Positions 38,902 through 52,121 are shown, numbered from the whole stretch's first letter. The stretch: DNA of 63,628 nucleotides, filler included, from Octopus bimaculoides (GCF_001194135.2; 4 parts of 4 records of this genome joined end to end with filler, not necessarily neighbours in it); one strand, 5' to 3'. Numbers and translations: made by a program. Notes: generated by a model from the letters alone, not told the origin.

Positions 38902-40158
38902 GGATACTTATTAGCTAAATTCAAAAGCATAAAGTTCCATGATCATTTTGAAACCAAACTATGCCAGTCTGTTAACCTAGAGACATGCCTATGGTTGTTG
39001 GTATAAAATCCTGTATTCCAGCATTCAGTTGAGATTTAAGTGAGTATAGTATTTTGCCCATATTCTACTAACTGGCTGCAATCCTCTATCTGAAACTAGT
39101 AAAAGAGTATATACGTTTTGAAGGTTTTTCCTTCAACATGGACTTGGCCACGACAATTAAACCAAACTAAATAAATAAAGAACGTGTGTGTGTGTACTAA
39201 ATATATGGTCACAGGTTCCAAATCAAATGCAATATTTAACTATTGCCATTGNNNNNNNNNNNNNNNNNNNNNNNNNNNNNNNNNNNNNNNNNNNNNNNNN
39301 NNNNNNNNNNNNNNNNNNNNNNNNNNNNNNNNNNNNNNNNNNNNNNNNNNNNNNNNNNNNNNNNNNNNNNNNNNNNNNNNNNNNNNNNNNNNNNNNNNNN
39401 NNNNNNNNNNNNNNNNNNNNNNNNNNNNNNNNNNNNNNNNNNNNNNNNNNNNNNNNNNNNNNNNNNNNNNNNNNNNNNNNNNNNNNNNNNNNNNNNNNNN
39501 NNNNNNNNNNNNNNNNNNNNNNNNNNNNNNNNNNNNNNNNNNNNNNNNNNNNNNNNNNNNNNNNNNNNNNNNNNNNNNNNNNNNNNNNNNNNNNNNNNNN
39601 NNNNNNNNNNNNNNNNNNNNNNNNNNNNNNNNNNNNNNNNNNNNNNNNNNNNNNNNNNNNNNNNNNNNNNNNNNNNNNNNNNNNNNNNNNNNNNNNNNNN
39701 NNNNNNNNNNNTTATGTCAACATGGAAAGTGGACATTAAACAATGATGATGGATTTCTATTTGTGAAACTCAAGCACATTTATGACTTTCTCTAATAATG
39801 AGTAGTGTAATGCTCTGTTGGTGTTTGTAGGAGCTTTGTGGTCAGGATTTCAATGGCAATAGTTAAATATTGCATTTGATTTGGAACCTGTGACCATATA
39901 TTTAGTACACACACACACGTTCTTTATTTATTTAGTTTGGTTTAATTGTCGTGGCCAAGTCCATGTTGAAGGAAAAACCTTCAAAACGTATATACTCTTT
40001 TACTAGTTTCAGATAGAGGATTGCAGCCAGTTAGTAGAATATGGGCAAAATACTATACTCACTTAAATCTCATTATGCCAAATGATGAGAAGTTAGAGTA
40101 TACGATAGAGGCATAGAAAACAGTTTTATACATTTTAATATTACTTCATTTTACTTAC

Positions 40159-40309
40159 CTGTTGCAAATATATGTATGAGACTTTCAGGAAAAGTAATCT
40201 TTGACAGACTAGAGAATGATTCATCTTTCATTCAGTTAACACTATGGAAACCAAATTTGAGAACAAAGCCCCACAGGTTCCTTGGTATAAAGCCTTGAAT
40301 ATTTTTCAG
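40159..40309 (-). other. Candidate exon, coding status unclear
   Basis: ctatccttttaccag acceptor, CAG|gtaagt donor; 151 nt; all three frames contain a stop. Confidence 0.4.
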
Positions 40310-40857
40310 CTGGTAAAAGGATAGAAGTAGATATCTGTACAAATGAGTATATATAGCTGGCACACCATGTTTTTTTTTTTTATGCTGCTTTCACAGATTC
40401 CCATGACTCTCTGTCACCATCCAATTCCATTATTATGAATTTGAATTGAAAGTTTGAGTCATTGTGAATCTTTCTTTAGCTGATTACACAACTATGGACG
40501 CCACCCCTATGGATGCATTGCAGTTACTCTCTTGATAGAGCTTAGTGATCCTGACCATTGATCTTCTAGGATTCCTCTGCTCAACATCAATGTAAGAAGC
40601 ATCATTGGCTCACTTGTGCTCTTCCACTACCTCTTCACAATCCATGCTGCAGTCCCATGATTATGCCGTATCCCTGACAGGGTAGCTGAATGGGTGTTGT
40701 TCCTTGCCAAAGTGCAGCCCATAACTATGCAGGGTACAATCATCACTCTGTGAGCTATTTTCAAAATGCATGTACGCTATGTAAATATATGATTTGCAGA
40801 CTTATCCGCCCCATTTTATAAGTGAACAAGTTTCCACAGAACAGTGGAGATACTCAC

Positions 40858-40886
40858 CTTCGTAGCTTCTCTTGTTGTCTGAAGCA
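40858..40886 (-). other. Candidate 29-nt exon (S)ASDNKRSYE
   Basis: ctttctgtatttcatttcag acceptor, AAG|gtgagt donor. Confidence 0.5.
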
Positions 40887-41256
40887 CTGAAATGAAATAC
40901 AGAAAGAGCATTAGATATATTTATATGTTGCTGTGTGCACGCACGCATGTGTGTGTGTGCATGCATGCACACACACACATCAATATCAATTTTACATATG
41001 CTTTTCCAAGCTGGCAATGGTTGGACAGAATTCAACACAGCATCTCCACATTGATGGTCCTTTGTCACCTTAGTAAAGCCCAGCAGCCCCACATCAGCCC
41101 TTACTTCTCCTCATATCCTTATCAATTTTCATTCCTGTGGTTTTTGCAACACACAAGTCTCTTTGAGGAGTTTCTCTAACACAAAATATTACAGCTAGTG
41201 CCATTACACAGATACACACACTATGATATACAGAAATCAATAAATGTTTTGTTTAC

Positions 41257-41301
41257 CTGATTTTTTCAACTAGGCTCAGGATGTCGAAGGAGTCTTGATC
41301 G
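41257..41301 (-). other. Candidate 45-nt exon DQDSFDILSLVEKI
   Basis: ttggttttgtcag acceptor, CAG|gtaaac donor; only one open frame; phase fits the 40886 exon; keeps CpGs in a CpG-poor region. Confidence 0.5.
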
Positions 41302-41508
41302 CTGACAAAACCAAATTAGATTAATACACCAGTGTTTTTTTCAACACACATAAAACTTTGCAAGAAGTCTCTCTAAGAAAAAATATTACAATTAATGCCA
41401 TTCCAGGTTTACATATATACATTATAAGTATTGTGTACACACATACACACATGTACATACACATATACACACACACATGTATATATGTATACACACACAC
41501 ACATATAT

Positions 41509-42204
41509 ATGTTAGGGTATCAAAGAGTTCCCAGACTAGTTATGTTTAATAAAATAACTTATTTACATAAGTTTTAAATCCTCTCCTTCAAAATAGTCAC
41601 CTTGCATAGCATTTCTGCCACTTCTTTAGTCTGGCCCAGACATGATTGAGCAGCATTTTCATCTTGGGGAAGAGATGGCAGTCTGCAGGTGCTAAATCTG
41701 GCAAATAGGGTGGGCACAGAAATGATACCATGTTTTTGGCGAGAAACTCGCAAGTGAGGATAGCTCAGTGACAGTGTGCATGGTCACAGACCCATACAAC
41801 AAACCAACAACATCAGCTATGTCAATGATTGTCCTGACAATCCTCATGCACAAGCTGATGGATTTTCTCCACATTTCTGGAGTGACACTCATGGCAGATC
41901 TTCTAGATTGCTTATCTTCCAGGGACGTTCTTCTGCTTTTGAAGCACACATGCCACTTGAAACATTGTGCATGACCTATTGCCTTGTTGCCCTAAGCTTG
42001 TTGAAGCATGCTCAATGTCTCTGTAGCAGACTTCCCAAGTTTAACACAAAATTTCATGTTGGCTTCAAGTTCCTGTCTATGCAGACTACAGCATACACAT
42101 AATCACAAAAAAACAAATTTCACAACTTGTGAAGTAAATGCAGTAATGTCATTCAGCACACTGCTAGCTCTCACTGATAGGAACTTTTTGATACCACTTT
42201 CATA
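41509..42204 (-). mobile_element. Internally deleted mariner, second family
   Basis: TIRs ...gggtatcaaagagttccc and ...gtggtatcaaaaagttcct; N-terminal CFKSRRTSLED...IDIADVVGL. Confidence 0.8.
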
Positions 42205-43054
42205 TGTGTGGATATATAAATACATATATAGGTATATATATATATGCATTATTAGGCAACTGACCCAAACACCTCCTGAAACCATCCCCACTACTCATCA
42301 TTTCTCTATCACAGAATACTCCATCATTTGCCTATGAGCAGTATTACATATTTAATCATATCTTTTTCTCTGATATCACCTATCTTTCTCACTATCCAGA
42401 ACTATTTTACTTGATATCCATCCTTCTTAATACTGTCTATCTCCATCCACACTTTACATTGATCACCATTCTGTGCCTCCATCATCTCCCACCCTCTACA
42501 TATACACTATGACTGCTTCTTCCCTCACCCTTGCAACCTACTCCCCCCCACCCCATACACACACATCATCTCTCTTTATTTCATTCTTTATCTGTTTACT
42601 GCATCATTATTAATGTTCTGCTCAGCCATCTCCCACTCATGTGTCACTGATAACTTCCATCACTTATCTATCATTTACTACATCTATGCTTTAACCCTTC
42701 CCAACCACTAAGACTCTTCACCTACTCTTCCTTAGCTTCCCAATGCATATTTATCATAAACCACTCTTCAACCCTTGTTCTTTCTTCTATTTGGCCTCTC
42801 ACCTACATCCCATCTCTAACCATTCCTCACTCTTCCCATACATTCTTGCAACCTCTATGCACCTACACTCACTATTCATCTGTCCCCACTCCTATTCTCC
42901 TTATAATTTCAAGGTCCACTAGGAGATTTTATCACCACTATCTCTTTCCAGCTCAACCCCCTCTTTTATAATGGCCCCTTCTCTCATACTTTATCCTCTC
43001 ACCTCTAAGCATAAAGCCACTTTCCTCTTTCTGGAGCAACACCCAACTGAAAAG

Positions 43055-43255
43055 ATCTTAGTCTTGTAAGCTGCATGGCAACCTCACTAGTGCTGGTGCC
43101 ACATAAAAAACACCCAGTACAGACTGTAAAGTGGTTAGAAAATTAGGAAGGGCATTGGCTGTAAAAATGCCAGACCAGTCAGTGAAGCACAATACAGTCC
43201 TTCGACATATCAGGTCTATCAAATCTTCCACCACATGCAAGCATAGATGATTAAT
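43055..43255 (+). mobile_element. Degenerate RTE-type 3' tail (LINE or SINE); a further tail end at 39712-39750
   Basis: ggtgccacataaaaaacacccagtaca...aggaagggcattggctgtaaaa; recalled consensus only. Confidence 0.55.
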
Positions 43256-43527
43256 ATTAAAGAATAATTCTTTAATTTTTTAAACTTGTTTGAGCTTTAA
43301 GCCTGTGGTCATGCTGGAGTGAATAATGATGGTAAAATATATAAATGATAAGACTATAATGTATATAAAGAATATCTAAATATAAATGCAATTTATATAC
43401 TGATATATTTAACACTATAATATTTATATATAGTTATATGTAGCTGAATGGTTAAGAAGTTTGCTTTGGAACCACATGGACTGTATAGGCTGACATCCGA
43501 TACTATAGCTGCAGATCAGACCAATAC

Positions 43528-43616
43528 CTTTGAAGTTAAAAGTAGGAGATGGAAACTAATGTGTGTATGTATAAGAGTGAAGAGGTCATATTTCCTCTCA
43601 TTTTCACTGGTGTTTG
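43528..43616 (-). other. Candidate 89-nt exon NTSENERKYDLFTLIHTHISFHLLLLTSK
   Basis: tttttgtttataatcag acceptor, AAG|gtattg donor; one fully open frame. Confidence 0.35.
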
Positions 43617-43950
43617 CTGATTATAAACAAAAATATCACTGTTCATACTGACAGTGTTAGAGTGTGATAGAGAGAGAGATAGATTGATGGTGACAGATAC
43701 AGAATGTAAGATTTGTAGCTCTAAAAGTGAGTAGCTCTCATAGCAAGTTATATTTTATTATTTATGGACAACATTGTCCTTGGGATGCAGATTTTGAAAA
43801 TCAAAGTCATTTTTCTCAAATACATGTTAGAATTTTTATATTAAATGCCCAAAGTCATATTCTAATCAAATTGTACATGGCCATGACAATCTTAATTTTA
43901 AAAAAAAATGTTCCAAACTTTTGGCCATAACTGTGTATGTGTGTGTATGT

Positions 43951-44039
<89 letters not shown>

Positions 44040-44607
44040 CACATTCATACATACATTATATATATTCAAACACACATTACATATATCTTAATAATACTAA
44101 AAGACTAAGAGATGTTTGTGTGTAACCAAAATATCTCAGAGATAGTATATTTTATCTTAATTTGTTTTGCATATTTATTTTCATACCTACCTTCGGCAGT
44201 GCAACACAAATTTTTGTGACATTTGGACCTCTATTTATTAATGAAAACAATTACACACAATTTTTGTTTGTTATTTCTTGACAAAAAAAAAACATGGCTT
44301 CCATGACATCAACACACACACACACATACAGAAGACACACACATATAATGAATGTCATGGCATGTCAATCAACACAAATACATGTCCGCTATCTGTGACA
44401 TATACACACACACACATAGCCTTCACACTCTCTAAGAAAACAAAATGGCAACTTTTTGATGTACACAATATTTTAATCATTTAGAAATATTTTTAACAGA
44501 ATGATTTCAAAAATGTAAGTTCTTTGTACAGTAAATATTTGTATTTTAACTTTCTTTAAACAGACAATATTTTTATGTTTTTTTTTAAAAATTCTTTTCA
44601 AGTGAAT

Positions 44608-45088
44608 GGCGATCTTTCGTTTTGACTCTCAGAACTGTCATCCGCAGTTCGTCAATTTCCGTAAAAATTTTTTATTTATTTGCTTTTGCTTTAAAGTGAA
44701 AGGGAAGAGAAAGTGAAAGATGTATGTACATGGATGAAATGGGCGTGTGTGTGTGTGGAGGAGAGAAAGAGAGAAGGGGATGTTGTCATGTATACGTATA
44801 TATATCAATATATATGCGTACATCTTTTTTTATGTATGTGTGCATGTATGTGAGAGTGAGTGAATGAACATGTGTTCTCATGTATGTGTAAGTGGCACTC
44901 TCTCTCTCACACACACATCCATTTCATATACACGTTCATACATCATTCACTTTCTCCTCCCTTTCACTTTGAAACAAAAGTAAGTAAATAAAAATTTTTT
45001 ACAGAAATTAACGAACAAAACCAGCTGATCCAGATGACAGTTCTAAGCATCAAAGTTACAGTTCTGAGATTCAAAGCAGAAGATCACC
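44608..45088. mobile_element. Old foldback MITE of about 480 bp
   Basis: ggcgatctttcgttttgactctcagaactg...aaagtgaaagggaagagaaagtg pairs with cactttctcctccctttcacttt...cagttctgagattcaaagcagaagatcacc. Confidence 0.8.
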
Positions 45089-46276
45089 CTAAACGAATAC
45101 CATTACAAAAACGTTTTTGATGTACCTCAGCTCCAAAGATTTGGCTGATATTTCTAGCATGCACTGTTACCACATAGCAGCTATTTGTGATAAAGGACCT
45201 GAAATACTTGTTACATGGCAGTAGGGTATGGAAGAAATAGTAGCCAAATCTTTCCTTTTCTGAGGAAAGGAGCCATTTATGCATGATTTCAATGTCACAT
45301 TCATTGAAAGCATGTGAAATAACCTGGAAAAGTATAAAAACCCATGAAACAAAACTAACTGCTGCGAAACACAGATGTTCCAGATGACCCAACAGGTCAT
45401 GGGTAGTCTAGTACATTATATNNNNNNNNNNNNNNNNNNNNNNNNNNNNNNNNNNNNNNNNNNNNTTAATTAATTAANNNNNNNNNNNNNNNNNNNNNNN
45501 NNNNNNNNNNNNNNNNNNNNNCATATATATATATATACACACACATATATATGTACATATACATATATTCATATCATATATACATATACCTATAAGTATA
45601 TATATACGTATATATCTACGAACCACCACGAGAAAAAAATAATAGAATACAGAAATAAAGTCTCAAACTATAAAAATTGCATAAAAACGATTTTAAAATA
45701 TAGACGTATCAATATAAATACAGTATAATGTTTAATGCGAAAATAATGAACAAAAATATCAATATAAAATTCAGTAATGAAACCATATGAAAATTGCATA
45801 AAGAATATATAAAAATTAAAGAAAAATTAGAAATATGAAATAAAATAATATATATATCTACAAGTAAATAATTGCACATTACATAAGACTGATATGTAAG
45901 AATTCTTAATGTTATTTTATTTCGGATTTTAGAGGTGTACTGAAAAGGCACGTTGCTTAGTGGTTAGTATGTACGGCTCACAAACGTGAGTTTGTAAGTT
46001 CGACACACAATGGTGTGTTTTGTCATTGAGCAAAATACGTTGTTCCGGTCCAGTTGCTCCGCAACCTTTTTTCGTTTACGGTACACTTATATTCTTTTCA
46101 AAATTTGGCGGCACACCTGAACTAAAAGTATAACTAGAAGTATAGGGAGAAAAATTATATTCATGTACTGTGGCACACCTAGCATTGTCCCGTGGCACAC
46201 CAGTTCCGGACCCTTCATCAGTTGCCGGCTGTGTATCTACTCATCATTTAGAGCATTGTATATATGTATATATGTA

Positions 46277-46433
46277 TATAAGACTAGCTCTTTTCATTTT
46301 CCGTCTACCAAATCCTCTCACAAGGCTTTGGTGGGCCCGACGATATATTAGAAAGCACTTGTCCAAGATGCCTCGTAGTGGGACTGAACCATGTGGTTGA
46401 GAAGCAAGCTTCTTACCACAAGCTACGCCTGCG
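46277..46433 (-). mobile_element. SINE family B, 5' half
   Basis: ttccgtctaccaaatcctctcacaaggctttgg...cttaccacaagc. Confidence 0.8.
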
Positions 46434-46579
46434 GTAACGATTGCAGAAACCGATAGACTCCAATCATCACTAATAACACTAGCGATCACTAAATAGTAAT
46501 GCCGGATAAAATGATAAAGTAATAATAACATTATAATAATGCGGATCTCATTTAATACGCTGAGAGAAGAACTCCATAC

Positions 46580-47221
46580 TTGCAATCAACACTAACAACA
46601 TTAATAACAGTGGACACAGCAATATAGACAACAATAATGGCTTTAGAAAGAGTAATAGAAACGATAACGACGATAGAACATACAAGAATAATGAAGGACA
46701 GAGGGAACATCACTACCAACACCATTAGCTTCACATCGGCTCCACACCAGTATGAGCTGCACCAACCCCATCATTATAACCACCACCATGACCATCACTA
46801 CCACCCCCATAACCATCACGACGACGACGACCACCACCACCACTACCACCGCTACTACTATTATTATTACTACTACCGCCACACAACCACTTCCATTACA
46901 ATCACCACTACAAACACCACCACCGCTTCCATCACCTCCACCACCGCCACCACCTCCATTGCCACTACGACCACAGCTAACACCAGCACCAGCACCACCA
47001 TTGCCACAACCACCGTAACCAGCACTACCACTAATACTACTACTACTACTACTACCACTAGTACCACCGCCAGCACCATCACCACCAACAGAGCTAACAG
47101 CAACAACAACAACAACAATAACAACAATAATAATAATGATAATAATAATAATAATAACAATAACGACAATGGATGATAATATGATAACAAGAACACAAAC
47201 AATGTTGGCAACACCACGACC
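46580..47221. repeat. Cryptic (AAC/ACC/ACT/AAT)n low-complexity tract
   Basis: Mixed trinucleotide runs. Confidence 0.8.
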
Positions 47222-48152
47222 NNNNNNNNNNNNNNNNNNNNNNNNNNNNNNNNNNNNNNNNNNNNNNNNNNNNNNNNNNNNNNNNNNNNNNNNNNNNNNN
47301 NNNNNNNNNNNNNNNNNNNNNNNNNNNNNNNNNNNNNNNNNNNNNNNNNNNNNNNNNNNNNNNNNNNNNNNNNNNNNNNNNNNNNNNNNNNNNNNNNNNN
47401 NNNNNNNNNNNNNNNNNNNNNNNNNNNNNNNNNNNNNNNNNNNNNNNNNNNNNNNNNNNNNNNNNNNNNNNNNNNNNNNNNNNNNNNNNNNNNNNNNNNN
47501 NNNNNNNNNNNNNNNNNNNNNNNNNNNNNNNNNNNNNNNNNNNNNNNNNNNNNNNNNNNNNNNNNNNNNNNNNNNNNNNNNNNNNNNNNNNNNNNNNNNN
47601 NNNNNNNNNNNNNNNNNNNNNNNNNNNNNNNNNNNNNNNNNNNNNNNNNNNNNNNNNNNNNNNNNNNNNNNNNNNNNNNNNNNNNNNNNNNNNNNNNNNN
47701 NNNNNNNNNNNNNNNNNNNNNNNNNNNNNNNNNNNNNNNNNNNNNNNNNNNNNNNNNNNNNNNNNNNNNNNNNNNNNNNNNNNNNNNNNNNNNNNNNNNN
47801 NNNNNNNNNNNNNNNNNNNNNNNNNNNNNNNNNNNNNNNNNNNNNNNNNNNNNNNNNNNNNNNNNNNNNNNNNNNNNNNNNNNNNNNNNNNNNNNNNNNN
47901 NNNNNNNNNNNNNNNNNNNNNNNNNNNNNNNNNNNNNNNNNNNNNNNNNNNNNNNNNNNNNNNNNNNNNNNNNNNNNNNNNNNNNNNNNNNNNNNNNNNN
48001 NNNNNNNNNNNNNNNNNNNNNNNNNNNNNNNNNNNNNNNNNNNNNNNNNNNNNNNNNNNNNNNNNNNNNNNNNNNNNNNNNNNNNNNNNNNNNNNNNNNN
48101 NNNNNNNNNNNNNNNNNNNNNNNNNNNNNNNNNNNNNNNNNNNNNNNNNNNN

Positions 48153-48193
<41 letters not shown>

Positions 48194-48242
48194 ATGTGTG
48201 TGTGTGTGTGTGTGTGTTTATGTATATATACATGTGTGTATG

Positions 48243-48279
<37 letters not shown>

Positions 48280-48430
48280 GCGAGGGTATGAGAGGTATTG
48301 GTGTCTAGAAGACCCGAAAAGTGTCGGGTAACGCTAAGTGCAATGGATAGACCGTGGTTAAACCCTTGTTTCGATAATGATACGAGTGAGGAGTCTAATG
48401 TGGGTCTTGTATTAGCATGCATATCTGTCT

Positions 48431-48780
48431 ACACCTTGGGCATGTGCCTCCCACTATGGTCTTGGGCCGACCAAAGCCTAGTGAGTGGATTTGATTAGCA
48501 AAAAGTAGTCCATCTTTTTATACCAAGACAAAACATATTCATGATAACACTTCCTATCAGTTAAGATTAGAATCCATGGGAGCCAGTGCCTAGTACTGCA
48601 TCAGGAAATTCGGTGGAGGTTGACCTTGCCTTTCATCCTTTCGTTGTCGAGAACTACGCTAAGGGTATTCCTGTTTGTAGAACGCTGAGCCACTTGCACG
48701 TTCATTTCACGAGCAAGCTGTTGCGTTGATCGGATCAACTGGAACACTCGTTCTCGTAAATGACGGCATGCCAGATTCTG
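48431..48780 (+). mobile_element. Mosaic of repeat fragments: B, D, A, C
   Basis: Each piece aligns to a fuller copy elsewhere in the window. Confidence 0.65.
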
Positions 48781-51437
48781 ACCGGAGTGGGTTGAGCCGG
48801 GTCTGACCAACGAGTGGTTCATATTCGGAATTTCAGTGGAAATAGAAATTCCGTTACATGTATTCGCACTTCAGGATAATGTGATCCGTAGCAGTTTAAC
48901 GTGGTGCTGATTATCACCCATCACGGAGAAATCCTGATTGGAGCAGGAACAACCGAGGTGGGAATCAGGTTCTGATCACATGCCTTAAAAAATGCTACCC
49001 GTGTTTTACCCTCCTTAATCTTCTAGCATGCTGGACGCGAACGTGGAATGTCTTAGCTTCCGGGCTATTGCTAGGTTCATCCGTCCTTTTGGCAGGTCTT
49101 GTTTATATTCCTTCTGGTAACCCTACTCACCAGGCAAACCTAGTGGGGGAACCAGTTTAGTCACTGACGTCCCGACCATGCAGTTGCATTCTGTATTACC
49201 AGTAGCACTCATAAGAGACGTCACAAGTGACCTGATATGAGAGTAATGCCAGGCTGAATCGGCCTTAAAGTTGCAGCCTTTCCTTTGCAGATCACTGGGG
49301 TCTGGCCAATCAGAGACTTGCATGCGTGACAAACTGCCCCGTCTTAACTCCCAAAACCTTGTCCAGAATTTCAAACATGGGTATAGATTACCTGACCAAC
49401 CCTAAACGACGGAGGACCTATCATATGTGCAAAATATGTATTGTGACATGTTATAGAGGTGCGGGTTATGTTATGATGTCGGGTGTCGATTATATGAGAA
49501 TATGGCGTGTGTTCTGTTCTGTTAGGAGTATTGTGTTGTCGTGTTAATTGAGTTATGTTGCATTATATTATATTATTGTGTAGTTACTCTGCTTGGCATG
49601 TGGTCGGTGAATTATGTTATGTCGTTTAGTGCCGGGTGGTGATTGTATTGAGTAAATATAATCGACTATACTCTCTCAAAACCCACCAATACCGCCAGCC
49701 AAAACTTGAGAATTCATGCCTAATATTATTTGTTAATGTGACTGACACTTTTCTTGTAGAGTATTGCATCGCAATATGGTGTATCATAGCTAATTCCAGC
49801 AGAGAAGGAAAAAAGCAAAGCATGAAACAAAGCACCATAGCAACATTATATAACAAAAAGCAACAGAAAGAGGACATCAAGGAATGTAGAATATGTATTT
49901 TGTGTGACTATATGTATACGCATGGGTTTGTTTGTGGAAGAATTTATACATGCATACATACATACATACATATGTATGTATATATATGTATGTATGTATA
50001 TATGTGTTTGTGTCAGTGTGTGTGTTAACAGTGGGTGTGTACATAATATGCGTACGTAAATTCAATTCGTGTGCGTGCAACTTAAATTAGGTCTCCCTTG
50101 TTATGCAATCATTATTTTATTGAATAAACCCCTATGAAACCCCATAAGAAATAACCTTATAATTGCAAACAAAACAATGCTATTTCTTTCCTACTCTCTT
50201 TGGTCTGTTTCTTTATTGCTTCTTTCAATTCTTTTCTTCTCCACCACCACCACCACCACCACATCTTCTCTTTCTTCTTTGAATTATTCCAGGGGTTTTT
50301 TTCTCCCGCTTTCTTTCCACTTTCGGTTTTGTTTTCATTATTCGTATTTTTATATATTTACAAAAATTTTAATTTGTGGTGAATTATTTTTCCAGTTAGT
50401 AATTAATGTTATTATTTATTATTTATATTTTCATTTGTATCAGCCTCAGTATGCATCTTAACAAAACAGAATAAATTTCAGAATTGAAAGAAAATAACAC
50501 ATGAAAAAAAAAAAAATTATATATATATACAGAATTAAGCAGAAACCTTAAAAAATTATGGTTTTCTATATAAAAATTTCTATCACAGAATCGAACTATG
50601 TGGAGACTGTCTTTATTAAAATATAATATATATTATACATTATCAAAAGGTACAAAAACGACGTACTCTGAGGGAATTCAAAGAGTTGCATAATGTAAGG
50701 GTAAGGTAATCTTTTGTAGGGTAATCCAAGAATTAGGGACTCCAAATCATCGTCAGAAGGATGTAGAAAATTCGTGTGAGCGTTCGAAAATAGGCAAATC
50801 GGAGGACGTACACAATGAATGTATTAAGTTGACACTCGGTTTAAGATGGAAAAAAAAATGTGTATAATGTTTCGAACTTCGCTCTTCGTCAAAAAGAAAA
50901 AAAAATAGCGAAAAGGACTGGAGAAAAAGAGAAAAATGTTGCAAGAAAACCACGTGTGTGGTTACATGGCTCAATTTTCCTATGTATTATATACACATAA
51001 TATGTGTCTATATATAGCAGTTATATACTATACTGATGAAGACATGCATTGAAATGTATATCAATAATTATCCCTTGTCTGCAAACAAATATTTTGTTTG
51101 TAAAGAATAAAAAGTTTTTAATGATACAGTACTGCACTATAATACAAACAATGAGCTATATACCTGTTTTAATTTAGTCATCCATAGACTATAATATTTC
51201 GGAATAAAATTCCTTCTTCAGATGTTCTCAGATGGAGTCGCTGCTATAATCTGTTTTCCAAAGAAAACATATTGTTGGTCTTCGTCTTAGTGTTTAAATT
51301 AACTTGAAACATTAACAATCATCGCCAGGACTTTTCCAAAACTTTATCAAACTTAGAGGGAATTTGTCGTGCAGCAATAACTGAAACATAGAGTATACAG
51401 GGAACAGCCTTTCACGTGCATATATATATATATATAT

Positions 51438-51504
51438 GGGAGAATATACAAAAAATAACAACAGACGAGGACAGGTGGTGTAAATAACAAAAGTATATAT
51501 TAGT
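51438..51504 (-). mobile_element. (TA)n-inserted mini-element, partial (runs into gap)
   Basis: 67/67 identical to 55961-56027. Confidence 0.8.
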
Positions 51505-51771
51505 NNNNNNNNNNNNNNNNNNNNNNNNNNNNNNNNNNNNNNNNNNNNNNNNNNNNNNNNNNNNNNNNNNNNNNNNNNNNNNNNNNNNNNNNNNNNNNNN
51601 NNNNNNNNNNNNNNNNNNNNNNNNNNNNNNNNNNNNNNNNNNNNNNNNNNNNNNNNNNNNNNNNNNNNNNNNNNNNNNNNNNNNNNNNNNNNNNNNNNNN
51701 NNNNNNNNNNNNNNNNNNNNNNNNNNNNNNNNNNNNNNNNNNNNNNNNNNNNNNNNNNNNNNNNNNNNNNN

Positions 51772-52040
51772 ACTGAAAGAAGCCCGTCGTATATATGTAT
51801 ATATGTTTGTGGGTGTGTGTATATGTTTGTGTGTCTGTGTTTGCCCCCCGCCCATCACTTGACAACCGATGCTGGTGTGTTTACGTCCCCTAACTTAGCG
51901 GTTCGGCAAAAAGTGCCCGCTAGAATAAGTACTAGGCTTACAAAGAATAGAATAAATCCTGGGGTCGATTTGCTCGACTAAAGGCGGTGCTCCAGCATGG
52001 CCGCAGTCAAATGACTGAAACAAGTAAAAGAGTAAATGAG
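51772..52040 (+). mobile_element. SINE family B, 3' part
   Basis: actgaaagaagcccgtcg...gactgaaacaagtaaaagag. Confidence 0.88.
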
Positions 52041-52121
52041 TATATGTTATATATATAATATATATACAAAATACATATAGATATATGTTATATATATATA
52101 TATATAATATATATATACACA

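Noticed and set aside
39030-40072. Perfect 222-bp inverted repeat (39030-39251 vs 39851-40072)
   Set aside because: Fully identical and one arm ends exactly at a gap; most likely an assembly artefact
40570-40720. LLNINVRSI, resembling a LINE endonuclease start
   Set aside because: Only one motif; downstream ETW and GGGV motifs not recoverable
46637-47176. Thr/Asn-rich mucin-like ORF
   Set aside because: Translation of trinucleotide repeats; no splice or start context
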